DNA from: a virus
Lineage: Duplodnaviria > Caudoviricetes
Reading direction: 5' to 3' (one strand)
DNA: 64,000 bases
Virus record (IMG/VR): IMGVR_UViG_3300046786_000293
Span: 128,001 to 192,000 of that record
The notes under the pieces are model-generated. The model saw only the letters and a program-made list of their open reading frames with translations. It was not told the origin of the DNA and made no database searches. The position numbers were made by a program, and so were the translations under genes. Each line of letters begins with the position of its first letter. Within the stretch, counting starts at the first letter, position 1. This document shows positions 17,003 to 27,276 of the stretch, in pieces.

Positions 17003-19360
17003 TTACACAAATGCGGTTCCATCATCATAACCAACATCATAACTATCACTTGGGCCTTCTGCACTATTATTGATATCAGGATCTATTCCACCTTCTGTGC
17101 TTATCATTGTATCATTGCCTGCTAATATAGGATTGCCGGACCCATCTGTCCACACTGTACCGTACGGCGGACTTACTGCGGCAGTATCTCTATTTTCCCC
17201 TGGGCTTCCGTTAAACCAAGATCCAAAGAAGTTACTATTTGCACCTGGTATAGTAGATATTACTTTTCCATTTTCATCTGTGTAAGTAATACCACCTGTT
17301 TTGTCAGTAATGGCAAATCCACCTTCTTCTAATGGAGTTTTACTTACAATATTTTCAGTTGGACTATTCGGATCGTATTTGCCCCCATTAGTCCAACTGC
17401 TGAATACATTTTTAATACTGCCTGTTGCGCTGTCCCAACCTTGAGATATCGACCCAGTAAGACCATTTAATATAGGCTGTAATCCGTTATTAATTGCACG
17501 AGCAGTATACATGCCCGCAACACCACTAACTACTCCGCTTACAGTTTGTCCTACTAGTGACTTTCCAAGGAATGTTTTGTTTAATGCTTGATTAATCGAA
17601 CTGCCAACAGTAAATCCGCCTGCAGCGCCAACTGTGCCAGATAAACTATTTGTAATTAACGCAGATGTTGAGTTGCCTACTGTATAAGTAACTCCGGTTC
17701 TTGGATCTGTGTACAATTGAGGACTATTCGGATTTACTGTTTGTCCTTGTGCTATCAAATCTCTAGTATTTGCTGGGTTAGTATTGATATTTTGACTGTA
17801 AGGTAAATTACCAGGCACATAGGCAACTTGTTGATTATTTTGATTAAAGACTACTTGTGTGCCGTCTTTATAATACCAAACCTCAACTGGATTGTTTGAC
17901 TCGTCATATGTTGTTTGTTTAGCCTGGACGTTTAATTCTCTGTTAGATGCATAGTATTTGCCATCTTGTGTTCCGTAAGAACTAAACTGTTGTACTATTT
18001 GTCCGTTATCGTTTAACACTATTGCATTTGATGTTCCTGTATAAACTTGTCCCGATTGCGGATTTACAGAAATATATCCCGATGTAGGCCCTGCTTGATA
18101 TACTGCATTATTTCCAGGATAACCACCAAATGTGCTGTTTATACCTCGAGTAAAATTGGATGCTGCTTGATTTAATACTCCTGTAGTAGTGTTTATAGCG
18201 GCTCCTTGTGCAGATGCAACTATTGCTGCGCCTAAACTTACCGAAGTTCCTGCCGCATAAGGATTAAGTGCATAAGACGGTCGACCTGGTATTGAAGAGG
18301 TTGCAGTGCCTGCACCACCCAATCCACCTAATGTAGGGAATATAGAATTAACGCCCGAATTAATTGCACCATTCAAAATTCCTAAACCTAACTGCGGTAT
18401 TGCCTTTTTTGCCAGTGCACCAAGATTTGCATTTTTTATATTATTATAAAACTGATATGCTCCAATGATTTGACTGAAAATTCCCGAACCTGCCCCATAT
18501 CCGTCAGGTCTACTTAAATCTGTAGGACCGCCTGCTAATGCTCCAATTAATCCACCTTCTGTGTAGATATTTGTAGTGCTTGTAGAAATTGGGCTTTGGA
18601 CATTATCATAGTGTAGTAACGCAAAACCGTTTACGTCAACTGCATTTATAAAACCTGTTCTATATTTTACAGTTTCGTAACTGAGAGTCATAGTATTTTC
18701 TAATATACCAGTATCACCATAGCTGTTATGTTCACCGTGTCTCCAACTTGTTATAAACGGATTGATTAAAGTGTATTCTGTAAAACGCTTATTGTGTAAA
18801 CTGTAAATTTGAATGTTTCTTAAGAATGCTTTTAAGTTTCCGTTTCTAGGACTATATCCCCATTTTTCTCTAAGTCGAGGTTGATATTTGTGTTTAGCAA
18901 GATATGTGCCAGTTTGATAATCACTGTCCCTATAATAATAGGTGTAATAATCATTCCAAAATCTCGTCACTACATCTGCGGCATCGTCATGAAACACAAT
19001 AGTAATAGGATCGTAACTTATATGAGTTTGTATAATATTTTTCCTATTATACGCATTCATAGTTTTTGTATTCAATGTAAACTTTGGTAAGTCTACACGT
19101 TTAGCCATTAAGCCTGCTTCGTATTGTTCTATTAGCGTTTCACTGCTGACTGGTTCTGTAGCATTTAGTGTGTTAATAATACCGTTTAAGATATTTTGCA
19201 AAATATCACTGTCAACGTTAATACAAACATAGTAGAGAAAACTTTGTTTAGGAGCAAGCCTAAAATTGTCTCTTACAAATAGTGTTGTGGCATGATCATA
19301 AGGATGAGTAGTATCACCCGGTGCCAACGGCTTTAAGTCTGCGTTATATAAAGAGGCCAT
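17003..19360 (-). CDS. tail-tube-like baseplate protein with long G/N/S/T-rich extension
   Basis: N-terminal DLPKF..YNRK..YDPITIVFHDD tube-like pattern; follows gp19. Confidence 0.6.
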   Translation of the reverse strand: MASLYNADLKPLAPGDTTHPYDHATTLFVRDNFRLAPKQSFLYYVCINVDSDILQNILNGIINTLNATEPVSSETLIEQYEAGLMAKRVDLPKFTLNTKTMNAYNRKNIIQTHISYDPITIVFHDDAADVVTRFWNDYYTYYYRDSDYQTGTYLAKHKYQPRLREKWGYSPRNGNLKAFLRNIQIYSLHNKRFTEYTLINPFITSWRHGEHNSYGDTGILENTMTLSYETVKYRTGFINAVDVNGFALLHYDNVQSPISTSTTNIYTEGGLIGALAGGPTDLSRPDGYGAGSGIFSQIIGAYQFYNNIKNANLGALAKKAIPQLGLGILNGAINSGVNSIFPTLGGLGGAGTATSSIPGRPSYALNPYAAGTSVSLGAAIVASAQGAAINTTTGVLNQAASNFTRGINSTFGGYPGNNAVYQAGPTSGYISVNPQSGQVYTGTSNAIVLNDNGQIVQQFSSYGTQDGKYYASNRELNVQAKQTTYDESNNPVEVWYYKDGTQVVFNQNNQQVAYVPGNLPYSQNINTNPANTRDLIAQGQTVNPNSPQLYTDPRTGVTYTVGNSTSALITNSLSGTVGAAGGFTVGSSINQALNKTFLGKSLVGQTVSGVVSGVAGMYTARAINNGLQPILNGLTGSISQGWDSATGSIKNVFSSWTNGGKYDPNSPTENIVSKTPLEEGGFAITDKTGGITYTDENGKVISTIPGANSNFFGSWFNGSPGENRDTAAVSPPYGTVWTDGSGNPILAGNDTMISTEGGIDPDINNSAEGPSDSYDVGYDDGTAFV

Positions 19361-19377
19361 AAAGATATTTATCTAAT

Positions 19378-19401
19378 AAAAAAGCCCGCCGAAGCGGGCT
19401 T
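19378..19401 (-). terminator. intrinsic terminator after the tail tube gene
   Basis: AAGCCCGC-TTCG-GCGGGCTT followed by a T-tract on the minus strand. Confidence 0.85.
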
Positions 19402-19418
19402 GTTTTAGTGTTAAAAAA

Positions 19419-20036
19419 TTAACCTGTTGTAACACCACCGTTAGTACGAGTAACCTCATTACCGACTCCACCCGGAGTTGTTGTTTGTAATGCATTATCG
19501 TATCTTAAAGTTAGTGTAATTGTCATAGGATCATTACTGCTATAATCAGCATCTCCATAAGCAACACTACTCAAGAAACAACCGTATAGTTGCCATGTTT
19601 CTAGCACTGTTGGTTCAATTGTTCCGTTTGCACCGTCTAGCATTTCTAAAGTTGTTGTGAACTTATAGTCAATACCAGAACTTGCACTAGCCTGTTCCAT
19701 AAAGTCAAATTGCTTTTGTAGCTGTTCACCAACTAAACGACTTACGTTACCGCCTGCATCATCACGTAGAACAACCTGACTTGTGCTCCAAGTTGGACGT
19801 CCTGCAATGTAGATACGGCTGTTGTAAATTGGTAGTTCAACTGGAGCCATTTCAACAGTTGGTCTAGCAAAACTTACTATCTGTTTTGTTAGTTCTGTTT
19901 TAGGGTTACTGACACCAAAATTATCAAAAGTTGCGCGGAAGCGAAACTTTAATTTAGGCATTAGCAAGCCCTGATTAGTTGCACTTTGGTTTCCACCAAG
20001 TGGAACGGTGAATCTTGTTAAAGATGAAACTGCCAT
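19419..20036 (-). CDS. gp19: tail tube protein (likely start MAVSSL at 20036)
   Basis: PKLKFRFR, LEMLDG..E.W.L.GC...Y...DY..LRYDNA pattern; follows the sheath. Confidence 0.85.
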   Translation of the reverse strand: MAVSSLTRFTVPLGGNQSATNQGLLMPKLKFRFRATFDNFGVSNPKTELTKQIVSFARPTVEMAPVELPIYNSRIYIAGRPTWSTSQVVLRDDAGGNVSRLVGEQLQKQFDFMEQASASSGIDYKFTTTLEMLDGANGTIEPTVLETWQLYGCFLSSVAYGDADYSSNDPMTITLTLRYDNALQTTTPGGVGNEVTRTNGGVTTG

Positions 20037-20037
20037 A

Positions 20038-23000
20038 TTATGCTCCTGTTCCTGTAGCATTAGCGGATGCTAAATTGCCACTCTGTATTTCGCCTGCGTT
20101 CTTTATTCTAATTGGGATGTAGATGAATTCCACAGCCTTTGTTGGCTGTATAGCAATGTCTACAAACAATTCATTTCTACTAATAGTGAACGGTGTGTTA
20201 TTTGTAGTATCGCAAACTACTAGGTAGTCTGTAATACCACGCTTGGCTACTAAGTCATTTAGTAAAGAATTACTTACAGCAATAACCTGTGCTCTTGTGA
20301 TTGGATCGTTAGGTTCAAATAAGAACGGTCTTACTGCTACATCTAAGTTCTTTCTAATGTAGTTAATTAAACGTGCTACATTAATACGATCCAACGATGT
20401 GTTGTCTGTAGCCAATGTTTTCTGCCCAAATACTGTAATACCTGTTCCGGGTAGTTTTGTAATCGGGTTAATCTTGTTGTTATACAATGTGTCACGTAGA
20501 CCTTGTGTAACTCCAATGCTTACAAACTCTCCCGAAGTACTGTTGATATAACCAATAGCACTTACGTTATCAACTATGCCTCTGCGTGTTCCAGCAGGTG
20601 CTAGCCATTGATAACTTACGTTGTCGCTACGCATAATTGTACGTAGCGCCATGTAACTTGGAGGTACAACGATACTGTTGCCGGCAAGGTCGTTTGTTTG
20701 GCCACTTGGATAGTACAATCCAACATATGGACTTACTGTGCTTGTGGATAAACCAACTTCACCTGTTTCTGTAGCATTTTCGTTGTTGTTTGCCCAACCT
20801 TGAATTGCTGTACCTGTAGCAGGTAATCGCATTGGTGTATCACCTACGATAAACGCAGTATTCTTGCGCTCGTCGTTTAGAGCAATCATGTTAGGAATTA
20901 ACTCTGGGTAACTTGGGCAAGCAATCAAGTTGAAGTTATTTTGATCTTCTCTTAATGATGTACTACTGTCGATAGTAGCTTTAAGAGCTGCAACAATAAC
21001 TCCGCGTGGTGCTTTACGTCCAAAGTTTGGAACACCAGTTGATTGATATCCGCTTACACTTACCCATGTGTCTGCACGACCTGGTAGTGTTTCGTTTGGA
21101 TATGCGGCTGATGTGAAATAACTTGTCTTGTATTGCTTTACATTGTAACCGCTTGCTCTTGTGTTAAACAATAGCATACCGCGTGGATATAAAGCAGCAT
21201 CGGGTGCATCTAAGTCAACATAATTGCTTAGTGCTAGACTTGCAATACTTGGAATTGCGCCAGTAACTGGATTTACGTTACCAGTTGTGCTCCAACGAGC
21301 ATCGCCAAATATAATACCGTTTTGACCAGTTGCATCAGTGTTATCAATTAAGACCCACTGACTTACTCCGTCAAGACTTTGCCAACGATATAGTTTTGGA
21401 TAGTTTTCTAGGTCGCTGGTGTCTAACCATAAATCACCAAATTCTAAATCAGTACCATCATCTTGTTCTGTTGGTTCTGCAGTACTAATAATAGGACCTG
21501 CTGTATTAGTTAATGTTAGATTATAACCACGGATGTCAGAACCTAATGTTCTATATCCCACCCATGCACTTCCGTTACTAATCATTATATCAGCGCGACT
21601 TGGTGTGTTATAATACCAATATGTATCATTTGCAGGTGCAACATAAGGTTGTGTTGCACTTACTGTGTAAGTTTCAACAGCCAATGGCTCCCAATTACTA
21701 ATGATTAAACTGTCACTGCCGCTTGTTGGATCAGCATAAACATTTGTACCAGATGTTGTAAATCCAACGTTAGCTAATGGACTACCTACTGTGTCAGTTA
21801 CAATCATATCGCCACCAAGTGCGTGTGTTAGAGAAACTGCTCCCGAACTTGTAACACTTGCGCTTACTGAAGGAATGTTTGCTGCCAATACAGCTTGTAC
21901 AAAACCAGTTACTGTTCCTGTAACAATCGATACTGTGTAAGTTGATGTATTAGCAGAAATTGCGCTTGGTCTTGTTTGTACTGTAAACTCGTTGCCCGAG
22001 CTCGGTGCAGCTGGACTTGTTGTAGCACCTGTGCCAACTGTGGCACCTGTACCAATACGATACCACAGTTGTGTACCAACTGTTGTGTTTCCAAATACGT
22101 TGTATTGAGCAAAAATAGATCCTGCCGATACATTTAAACCGCCGCCCGTTGGATCTAATCCGTATGTAGCTGCAAATACTGTGTCGTAATCATAAACATT
22201 TGCAGTGTCCCATAATTGTGTTACGCCATTAAATGTGCTTACAGAAACATTTAAACCACTACCCAATGTGCTTGCTTTTTGCCATACACTACCGGTAGGT
22301 CTTGGGATGGCAGAATCTGTTTGCCAGTCTGGAACACTATAGTAAGGAGCAATCTGTACAGCTCCGCAGGCATAATAACCAGCAGTTATACCAATAGTTG
22401 CTAATGGTGTTCCGCTGTTATTAGTAAGACGAACGATACCGTCTGGAGTCGATCCGTCACTCATTGCGTCTTCGTTACCGTAAACTACAATTTGACCGTT
22501 GACTACACTAGAACTTACACCTACTACGTTAGCATTATTAATAGCGGCGCTAATTGCAGTTGCATCGTCGCCTAGATAAAAACTTACTGTATCAGTGTTA
22601 ATATAGATAGAACTATTTGCAGTAATCTCTGGATTTACTGCAGAACCAGTAACTACTCCGACGCCGTCTTGCCACCCAATAGTTCCTACTAGATGCCATG
22701 TGTTGTCGTAACGCTTTTGGAATATAGGGTTTGTTGGATCTACTGTGTTAACAGCAAAATCTCCGATAGTACCAATATCAGTACTTGGTGTAAACTCGTC
22801 TACTGCTAATTCGTCTGTGCTTGTAATTACTCTAACTGATTGTAAACCAAACTCTTGTGTTGTTGCATTCCATACATAAACACCCCAATCTGTATCTGTA
22901 GTGTTTAACCAAAAAGAACCTGAACTTGGATTTGCAAGTGGTCGGGTAGTTGTGCCCTCTAATTGACTTAAATCAACGTCTGCTCGTTGAATATAAACTT

Positions 23001-23316
23001 GATTACTTACACCTAATAGACTGTACGCAGTCATTAATCCGTATTCATTACGTTCGTCACCGTTGATAGGTGCTCCCGAACTTGTTGTATAGAATGTTGG
23101 TGTTCCGAATGTTGTTACCAAGTCACGCTGGCTAGTAATTGTATAAATTTTGCCAGCATTTTCCGCTAATGTTCCTGCGGCAATTGCGGTGCCGCCTGGA
23201 GCAGTTTTGTCCTGTGCTGTCGCTAAAAGAATATAACCGACTGAACCAATAGCATTGGGTGCGTAGTTACTTTCGTCAGTAACTGTAATTTGTACGCCTG
23301 GAGAAACTAGTGCCAT
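20038..23316 (-). CDS. gp18: tail sheath protein, 1092 aa with insertion domains
   Basis: MALVSPGV start; WLAPAGTRRG, INPI, GQKTL, DRINVARL, FEPND motifs. Confidence 0.95.
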   Translation of the reverse strand: MALVSPGVQITVTDESNYAPNAIGSVGYILLATAQDKTAPGGTAIAAGTLAENAGKIYTITSQRDLVTTFGTPTFYTTSSGAPINGDERNEYGLMTAYSLLGVSNQVYIQRADVDLSQLEGTTTRPLANPSSGSFWLNTTDTDWGVYVWNATTQEFGLQSVRVITSTDELAVDEFTPSTDIGTIGDFAVNTVDPTNPIFQKRYDNTWHLVGTIGWQDGVGVVTGSAVNPEITANSSIYINTDTVSFYLGDDATAISAAINNANVVGVSSSVVNGQIVVYGNEDAMSDGSTPDGIVRLTNNSGTPLATIGITAGYYACGAVQIAPYYSVPDWQTDSAIPRPTGSVWQKASTLGSGLNVSVSTFNGVTQLWDTANVYDYDTVFAATYGLDPTGGGLNVSAGSIFAQYNVFGNTTVGTQLWYRIGTGATVGTGATTSPAAPSSGNEFTVQTRPSAISANTSTYTVSIVTGTVTGFVQAVLAANIPSVSASVTSSGAVSLTHALGGDMIVTDTVGSPLANVGFTTSGTNVYADPTSGSDSLIISNWEPLAVETYTVSATQPYVAPANDTYWYYNTPSRADIMISNGSAWVGYRTLGSDIRGYNLTLTNTAGPIISTAEPTEQDDGTDLEFGDLWLDTSDLENYPKLYRWQSLDGVSQWVLIDNTDATGQNGIIFGDARWSTTGNVNPVTGAIPSIASLALSNYVDLDAPDAALYPRGMLLFNTRASGYNVKQYKTSYFTSAAYPNETLPGRADTWVSVSGYQSTGVPNFGRKAPRGVIVAALKATIDSSTSLREDQNNFNLIACPSYPELIPNMIALNDERKNTAFIVGDTPMRLPATGTAIQGWANNNENATETGEVGLSTSTVSPYVGLYYPSGQTNDLAGNSIVVPPSYMALRTIMRSDNVSYQWLAPAGTRRGIVDNVSAIGYINSTSGEFVSIGVTQGLRDTLYNNKINPITKLPGTGITVFGQKTLATDNTSLDRINVARLINYIRKNLDVAVRPFLFEPNDPITRAQVIAVSNSLLNDLVAKRGITDYLVVCDTTNNTPFTISRNELFVDIAIQPTKAVEFIYIPIRIKNAGEIQSGNLASANATGTGA

Positions 23317-23405
23317 GTTTCACTTCCTCTTAATTGTTCAAATATTTATCGGAAGATGTAAAATATAGCCTGTTTGCAGTACCTTTCGAAAGACTAAGTA
23401 TTTTT

Positions 23406-23753
23406 ATGAGACCTATCTGCCCATTGTGTAATCAAAATTTAGTTGCTATAAACTATACTAGTAACGAAAAAACTCGATATAGAAAAATTTGCAATAGTTG
23501 TAGCCGCAAAGGAAAGAAAATAAAACCCCCTGTACCTGCTTGGTTTAGAGCAGGTTATAGGAAAAAATTAACTTGCGAAAAATGTGGATACAGGGCAAAA
23601 TACCCCGAGAAGCAAATGACTGTTTACCATGTAGATGGTAACTTAAAGAATGTTAACTTGCTTAATTTAAAAACTGTATGCCTTAATTGTAGAGTCGAAG
23701 TTTCTCAGAGTAGACTTCCCTGGCGGGAAAGTCCTATTATACCAGACTTTTAA
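23406..23753 (+). CDS. zinc-finger/HNH-like protein (likely start MRPIC at 23406)
   Basis: CxxC pairs and HVDGNLKN..NL..VCLNC; TAAGTA-N5-ATG. Confidence 0.7.
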   Translation: MRPICPLCNQNLVAINYTSNEKTRYRKICNSCSRKGKKIKPPVPAWFRAGYRKKLTCEKCGYRAKYPEKQMTVYHVDGNLKNVNLLNLKTVCLNCRVEVSQSRLPWRESPIIPDF

Positions 23754-24345
23754 GTTGATCGTATAAGTGCTCAATTGACCCATTATTGTCAATCATATGA
23801 TCAAATTTAGTTCCTGCCCATGAATATTCACTGGCATGAATTCTTTCAGCTTCTAACCACGCTCTTGCTTTAATATCGCCTTTATTTGCCTTGGCAGCAA
23901 TGTCATACCAATGAGGAGTTATACCACGTTGAATCCAAATAATTATCCCCCCTTGATTTTTAATAGATTGTATTTCGTTGTAAAATCTACAATCACTGAC
24001 TACAATATTGTCTTTGCTAGTACGTAGTTTATTTTCTAAACTAGCAATCCATATATCGTCGTGAAATGCCCTGCGACAAACCTCAGTTCCCCATTGTTGC
24101 AGCACATATCTGGGAGTTATTTCTTTCCCTAATCTACTAGACCACCAATCATCTCGCTTTTCTCGCCAATCCCTACTTTCTTTAGTACGCCCTTCAAGGA
24201 GTTCTCTGTCCCAACCAAAAACCGCAGATACAGCATCCTTTAAGGGCGCGGCAAAACTATCTCGTTTAAATTGATGAAAATTAACTAGGTAATCTGCGGC
24301 TGTGTCTTTGCCGCACCCTATAAATCCGCAAATACCAATAATCAT
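23737..24345 (-). CDS. gp1: deoxynucleoside monophosphate kinase
   Basis: GFIGCGKDT P-loop, SFAAPLK, LQQWGTE, SDCRF motifs. Confidence 0.9.
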   Translation of the reverse strand: MIIGICGFIGCGKDTAADYLVNFHQFKRDSFAAPLKDAVSAVFGWDRELLEGRTKESRDWREKRDDWWSSRLGKEITPRYVLQQWGTEVCRRAFHDDIWIASLENKLRTSKDNIVVSDCRFYNEIQSIKNQGGIIIWIQRGITPHWYDIAAKANKGDIKARAWLEAERIHASEYSWAGTKFDHMIDNNGSIEHLYDQLKSLV

Positions 24346-24369
24346 AAAAAAGGACTCCTAAGAGTCCTT
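24346..24369 (-). terminator. intrinsic terminator after gp13, overlapping the RBS of the dNMP kinase gene
   Basis: AAGGACTC-TTAG-GAGTCCTT-TTTT-ATG. Confidence 0.65.
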
Positions 24370-24377
24370 ATTGTATA

Positions 24378-25565
24378 TTATCCTATGACCCATGTCAACG
24401 GTTGTGATCCATCAACATACCGTCTTAGATCATCTTCGAGCTTTTCCATTTCAGCATTAGCTTCTTGTAATAATGCTGAGCCGTTTAGTTGAGTGCCGCC
24501 CTGCGGGCCAGCAATAGTAGCAAATTTGCTACGTGCCTGTCCCAACATCGATTTCGCAAAAGCCAAAGAATATTCTTGTAACCATGGATAAACCATTGGA
24601 TCACTTAATAGCATACTGTCTGGTTTGTAGTTGTAGCACCATAATAGCACACTTTCAAGTTGGTCCTCTGTTCCGTCGTCGCCATAAAATGGTTGGGGAA
24701 TCCAGAATGTTGTTTTTTGAACATCATTAGCTGACACAGATGCAGATCCCAATGTTTGGTTAGATAATACTGTTATTACTGTCTGTGTAGAATTGACCGA
24801 CAATATTCGATATTGTGAACTGTATCCCCTAACCGGACAATTTTGTATGTAAATGCTATCATTTACTTTTAAGTTACTTTGCTGACTAGTTGTAGACGTT
24901 GGCAGTGTTATTGTAATAATACTGTTGGGCACCGTGTTTGCCGCACTAATTGCACTAGGTGTAATATTTGTGCCTCCATCATATGGGATTTTTCTGACTA
25001 GTGTTAGTTTTTTAGTTACACGATTCCATGTGTAATTAATATAGCCACCAAACATAGTCATTGCTAGTTCTTGGTATTGTGTAAAGAGTTCGTAGTTAGT
25101 TAGTCCGCCAACACGGCCGGCCACTAACATGTAAGTGTTTAGATAGCCAGATGAAAACGGTTCAAATTGGCTAGCGGTAGTTCCCGATGTGCTACCAATA
25201 CCCCTACGAAAGATTTGTCTAACTTCCATAATTGTATTTGGAAGTATATATTCTTGGACATTAGGTTCAAGATCTAAGAACACATAACTTTCTTCTACAG
25301 CATTTTGTGCTCGTTGGCGATATTTTGTAAGTGCTTGTTTAATAGACAAATCGTAATGTTCTTTGTCTAATTCAACATCAACCATTTGATCACCTAATCG
25401 CAACCTGATATAATCAATCATATCGTTGCGTAGCTGATTAAGCGTTTGAATTTGCTCGTTAGCGGCTATTGCGCTTTCTTGGCTAATAAAGCCGGGGCCG
25501 CCCAAATTTTTAGTTCTTACACTAAAATCATTTCTTAAATCGGGTTGAATAACTACATCAGTCAT
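24378..25565 (-). CDS. gp13: neck protein
   Basis: LRLGDQMVDVELD, YSLAFAK..LGQARSKF..GPQGG..LNG pattern. Confidence 0.8.
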   Translation of the reverse strand: MTDVVIQPDLRNDFSVRTKNLGGPGFISQESAIAANEQIQTLNQLRNDMIDYIRLRLGDQMVDVELDKEHYDLSIKQALTKYRQRAQNAVEESYVFLDLEPNVQEYILPNTIMEVRQIFRRGIGSTSGTTASQFEPFSSGYLNTYMLVAGRVGGLTNYELFTQYQELAMTMFGGYINYTWNRVTKKLTLVRKIPYDGGTNITPSAISAANTVPNSIITITLPTSTTSQQSNLKVNDSIYIQNCPVRGYSSQYRILSVNSTQTVITVLSNQTLGSASVSANDVQKTTFWIPQPFYGDDGTEDQLESVLLWCYNYKPDSMLLSDPMVYPWLQEYSLAFAKSMLGQARSKFATIAGPQGGTQLNGSALLQEANAEMEKLEDDLRRYVDGSQPLTWVIG

Positions 25566-25567
25566 AA

Positions 25568-25607
25568 GAATAGTCCTGTTAGCAGTATTTAGCCAACAGG
25601 ACTATTC
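25568..25607 (-). promoter_or_regulatory. 13-bp RBS-sequestering hairpin with a TAAATA late promoter in its loop
   Basis: GAATAGTCCTGTT-ggcTAAATActgct-AACAGGACTATTC-tt-ATG. Confidence 0.8.
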
Positions 25608-25609
25608 GT

Positions 25610-26767
25610 TCAGGCTACTTTTAATAGTAGGATATCTGTACTGATACGGCCGTTCAGTTTTGTCTCCACTGCCTTAATGTCTTTGATGAATGTGCGAAGA
25701 GCCACCTTACCTGCCTTAGCAAATTCTTTAAGTTGCTCGTCTGGCTTGCGTAGGGTTTTCGCGACACTTTTATCGACATCAAATCCTGTGATAGTCGTTC
25801 CTTTGATTCCAAGTGTTTGATAACTTGCCGCGACATATTTGCCCAACTTACGAGTCTTGAAGTTGTAAATCCAAAGTTCACCGGCCCCGACAATATCAAC
25901 AGGATTAATTGACACCACTTTAAGAGATTTATCGTCCTTTGCATACTTGAGTTTAGCCACCAACTTTTCTTTGCTTGGCGCCTTTTTAACTCTTGCCTTT
26001 TTTGTAGCCTTTTTAACCCCGCGGTACTGGTCCACGGCCGCGAGTAGATCGTTAATCCAGGCGATCCGCTTTTTAAAATCTGCGGCTTTGTAATGACTGT
26101 AACCTTCTTTGAGTTGGGGATCTGCTTTGCTTTGGGCAAGTTCAAGCTCTGCTTGACGTTTTTTGTAGAGTTCTTCATATTTGCTCAGTTGGCTTTGAAT
26201 AACATTATTGTTAGTAAGCCAATCGTAAAACTTCACACTTGTAGTGTCGATATCATCGTACAGCCCCTCCAGTTCACCAATTAGTTCACTGGTTTTCTCG
26301 TTCATACGGTCTTGGATTGTGGGACGATTTGCAACTTGTGTGGGGGTTGCTACAGTCTCTACAACTTCGGGGTCTGCTGTTTTAAGTGCTTGCAAAATTG
26401 CTTGATCCAGAAATTCTATATGTCGAGAACGCAGAGGCATTCCCTTGCGATGTGCCATAACAAGGCTACACGCTGTCATCGGCAGAGCACGGTCACTGGC
26501 ACGAATAAAGGCTTTGATTTCTTCTTTTGTGAATTCTGTTGTGCTTTGCATCCATTCTACCACATACTTTTTACAATCTTTTTGATTATAATGATAGTTG
26601 TAGTAGTTAAAACTTTGACGAAGTTTATGGTCAAACTTGTCCTCGGGCCAATCTTTGGCATCTTCGGGCCAAATGGGTTCGCTACCAGTGTACTTCTCAT
26701 CAGCAAACGCTACACGAGCGGCCCGCGGTTGTTTAGTTTTAATTTTAATTCCAGCAACTGTTGCCAT
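25610..26767 (-). CDS. conserved hypothetical protein of T4-like phages
   Basis: 385-aa ORF, Lys-rich, KTLRKP motif near C-terminus. Confidence 0.7.
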   Translation of the reverse strand: MATVAGIKIKTKQPRAARVAFADEKYTGSEPIWPEDAKDWPEDKFDHKLRQSFNYYNYHYNQKDCKKYVVEWMQSTTEFTKEEIKAFIRASDRALPMTACSLVMAHRKGMPLRSRHIEFLDQAILQALKTADPEVVETVATPTQVANRPTIQDRMNEKTSELIGELEGLYDDIDTTSVKFYDWLTNNNVIQSQLSKYEELYKKRQAELELAQSKADPQLKEGYSHYKAADFKKRIAWINDLLAAVDQYRGVKKATKKARVKKAPSKEKLVAKLKYAKDDKSLKVVSINPVDIVGAGELWIYNFKTRKLGKYVAASYQTLGIKGTTITGFDVDKSVAKTLRKPDEQLKEFAKAGKVALRTFIKDIKAVETKLNGRISTDILLLKVA

Positions 26768-26768
26768 A

Positions 26769-27008
26769 TTAACCTTTCTGATTCAAGAAGAAATAAGTGA
26801 GATCGGGTCCTTCAACTTTTACAAGTTGGTCGCCAGTCTGGAGCAAAGTACACCAGTCGTTTTCACCCCAACGAATTCTAGGTTTCCCTGTAGCGGTGAA
26901 CTTTTCGATTTTGGCTAGGTGCAATTGTCGGTAACCTTGTTTCATATATATGACAAAGTCGCCGACATCGAGAATTCTCCCCAAATAGTCTTTGGCTACT
27001 GTGCTCAC
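26769..27008 (-). CDS. small SH3/KOW-like hypothetical protein
   Basis: D.LGR.L.VGDFV pattern; coupled to neighbours. Confidence 0.65.
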   Translation of the reverse strand: MSTVAKDYLGRILDVGDFVIYMKQGYRQLHLAKIEKFTATGKPRIRWGENDWCTLLQTGDQLVKVEGPDLTYFFLNQKG

Positions 27009-27241
27009 AGAGTTCGCTCCTTTTTAACACGGCCAATCCGTGATGCTTTGTTCCAATCGTAGACTACCCCGTCTGGACACTTGCCGTCCCGAACGCTGTC
27101 TACACCAAAAATACCGCAGGCTTCAAAATTGGGACCTTTAATTGTAACAAAGAATCCCACTGCCTTTGCGGCTTGCATAGCGGAATCTAGGGTCGAGAAC
27201 CCATCCAATACATCGCCACGCTTGTTGATTAATTTAAACAT
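27005..27241 (-). CDS. early hypothetical protein (likely start MFKLINK at 27241)
   Basis: ATG lies 6 nt after TATAAT of a sigma70 promoter. Confidence 0.7.
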   Translation of the reverse strand: MFKLINKRGDVLDGFSTLDSAMQAAKAVGFFVTIKGPNFEACGIFGVDSVRDGKCPDGVVYDWNKASRIGRVKKERTL

Positions 27242-27247
27242 ACAGTA

Positions 27248-27276
27248 ATTATAGCACAAATCCCATTTTGGGTCAA
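27248..27276 (-). promoter_or_regulatory. sigma70 early promoter TTGACC-N17-TATAAT
   Basis: near-consensus match read directly. Confidence 0.85.
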
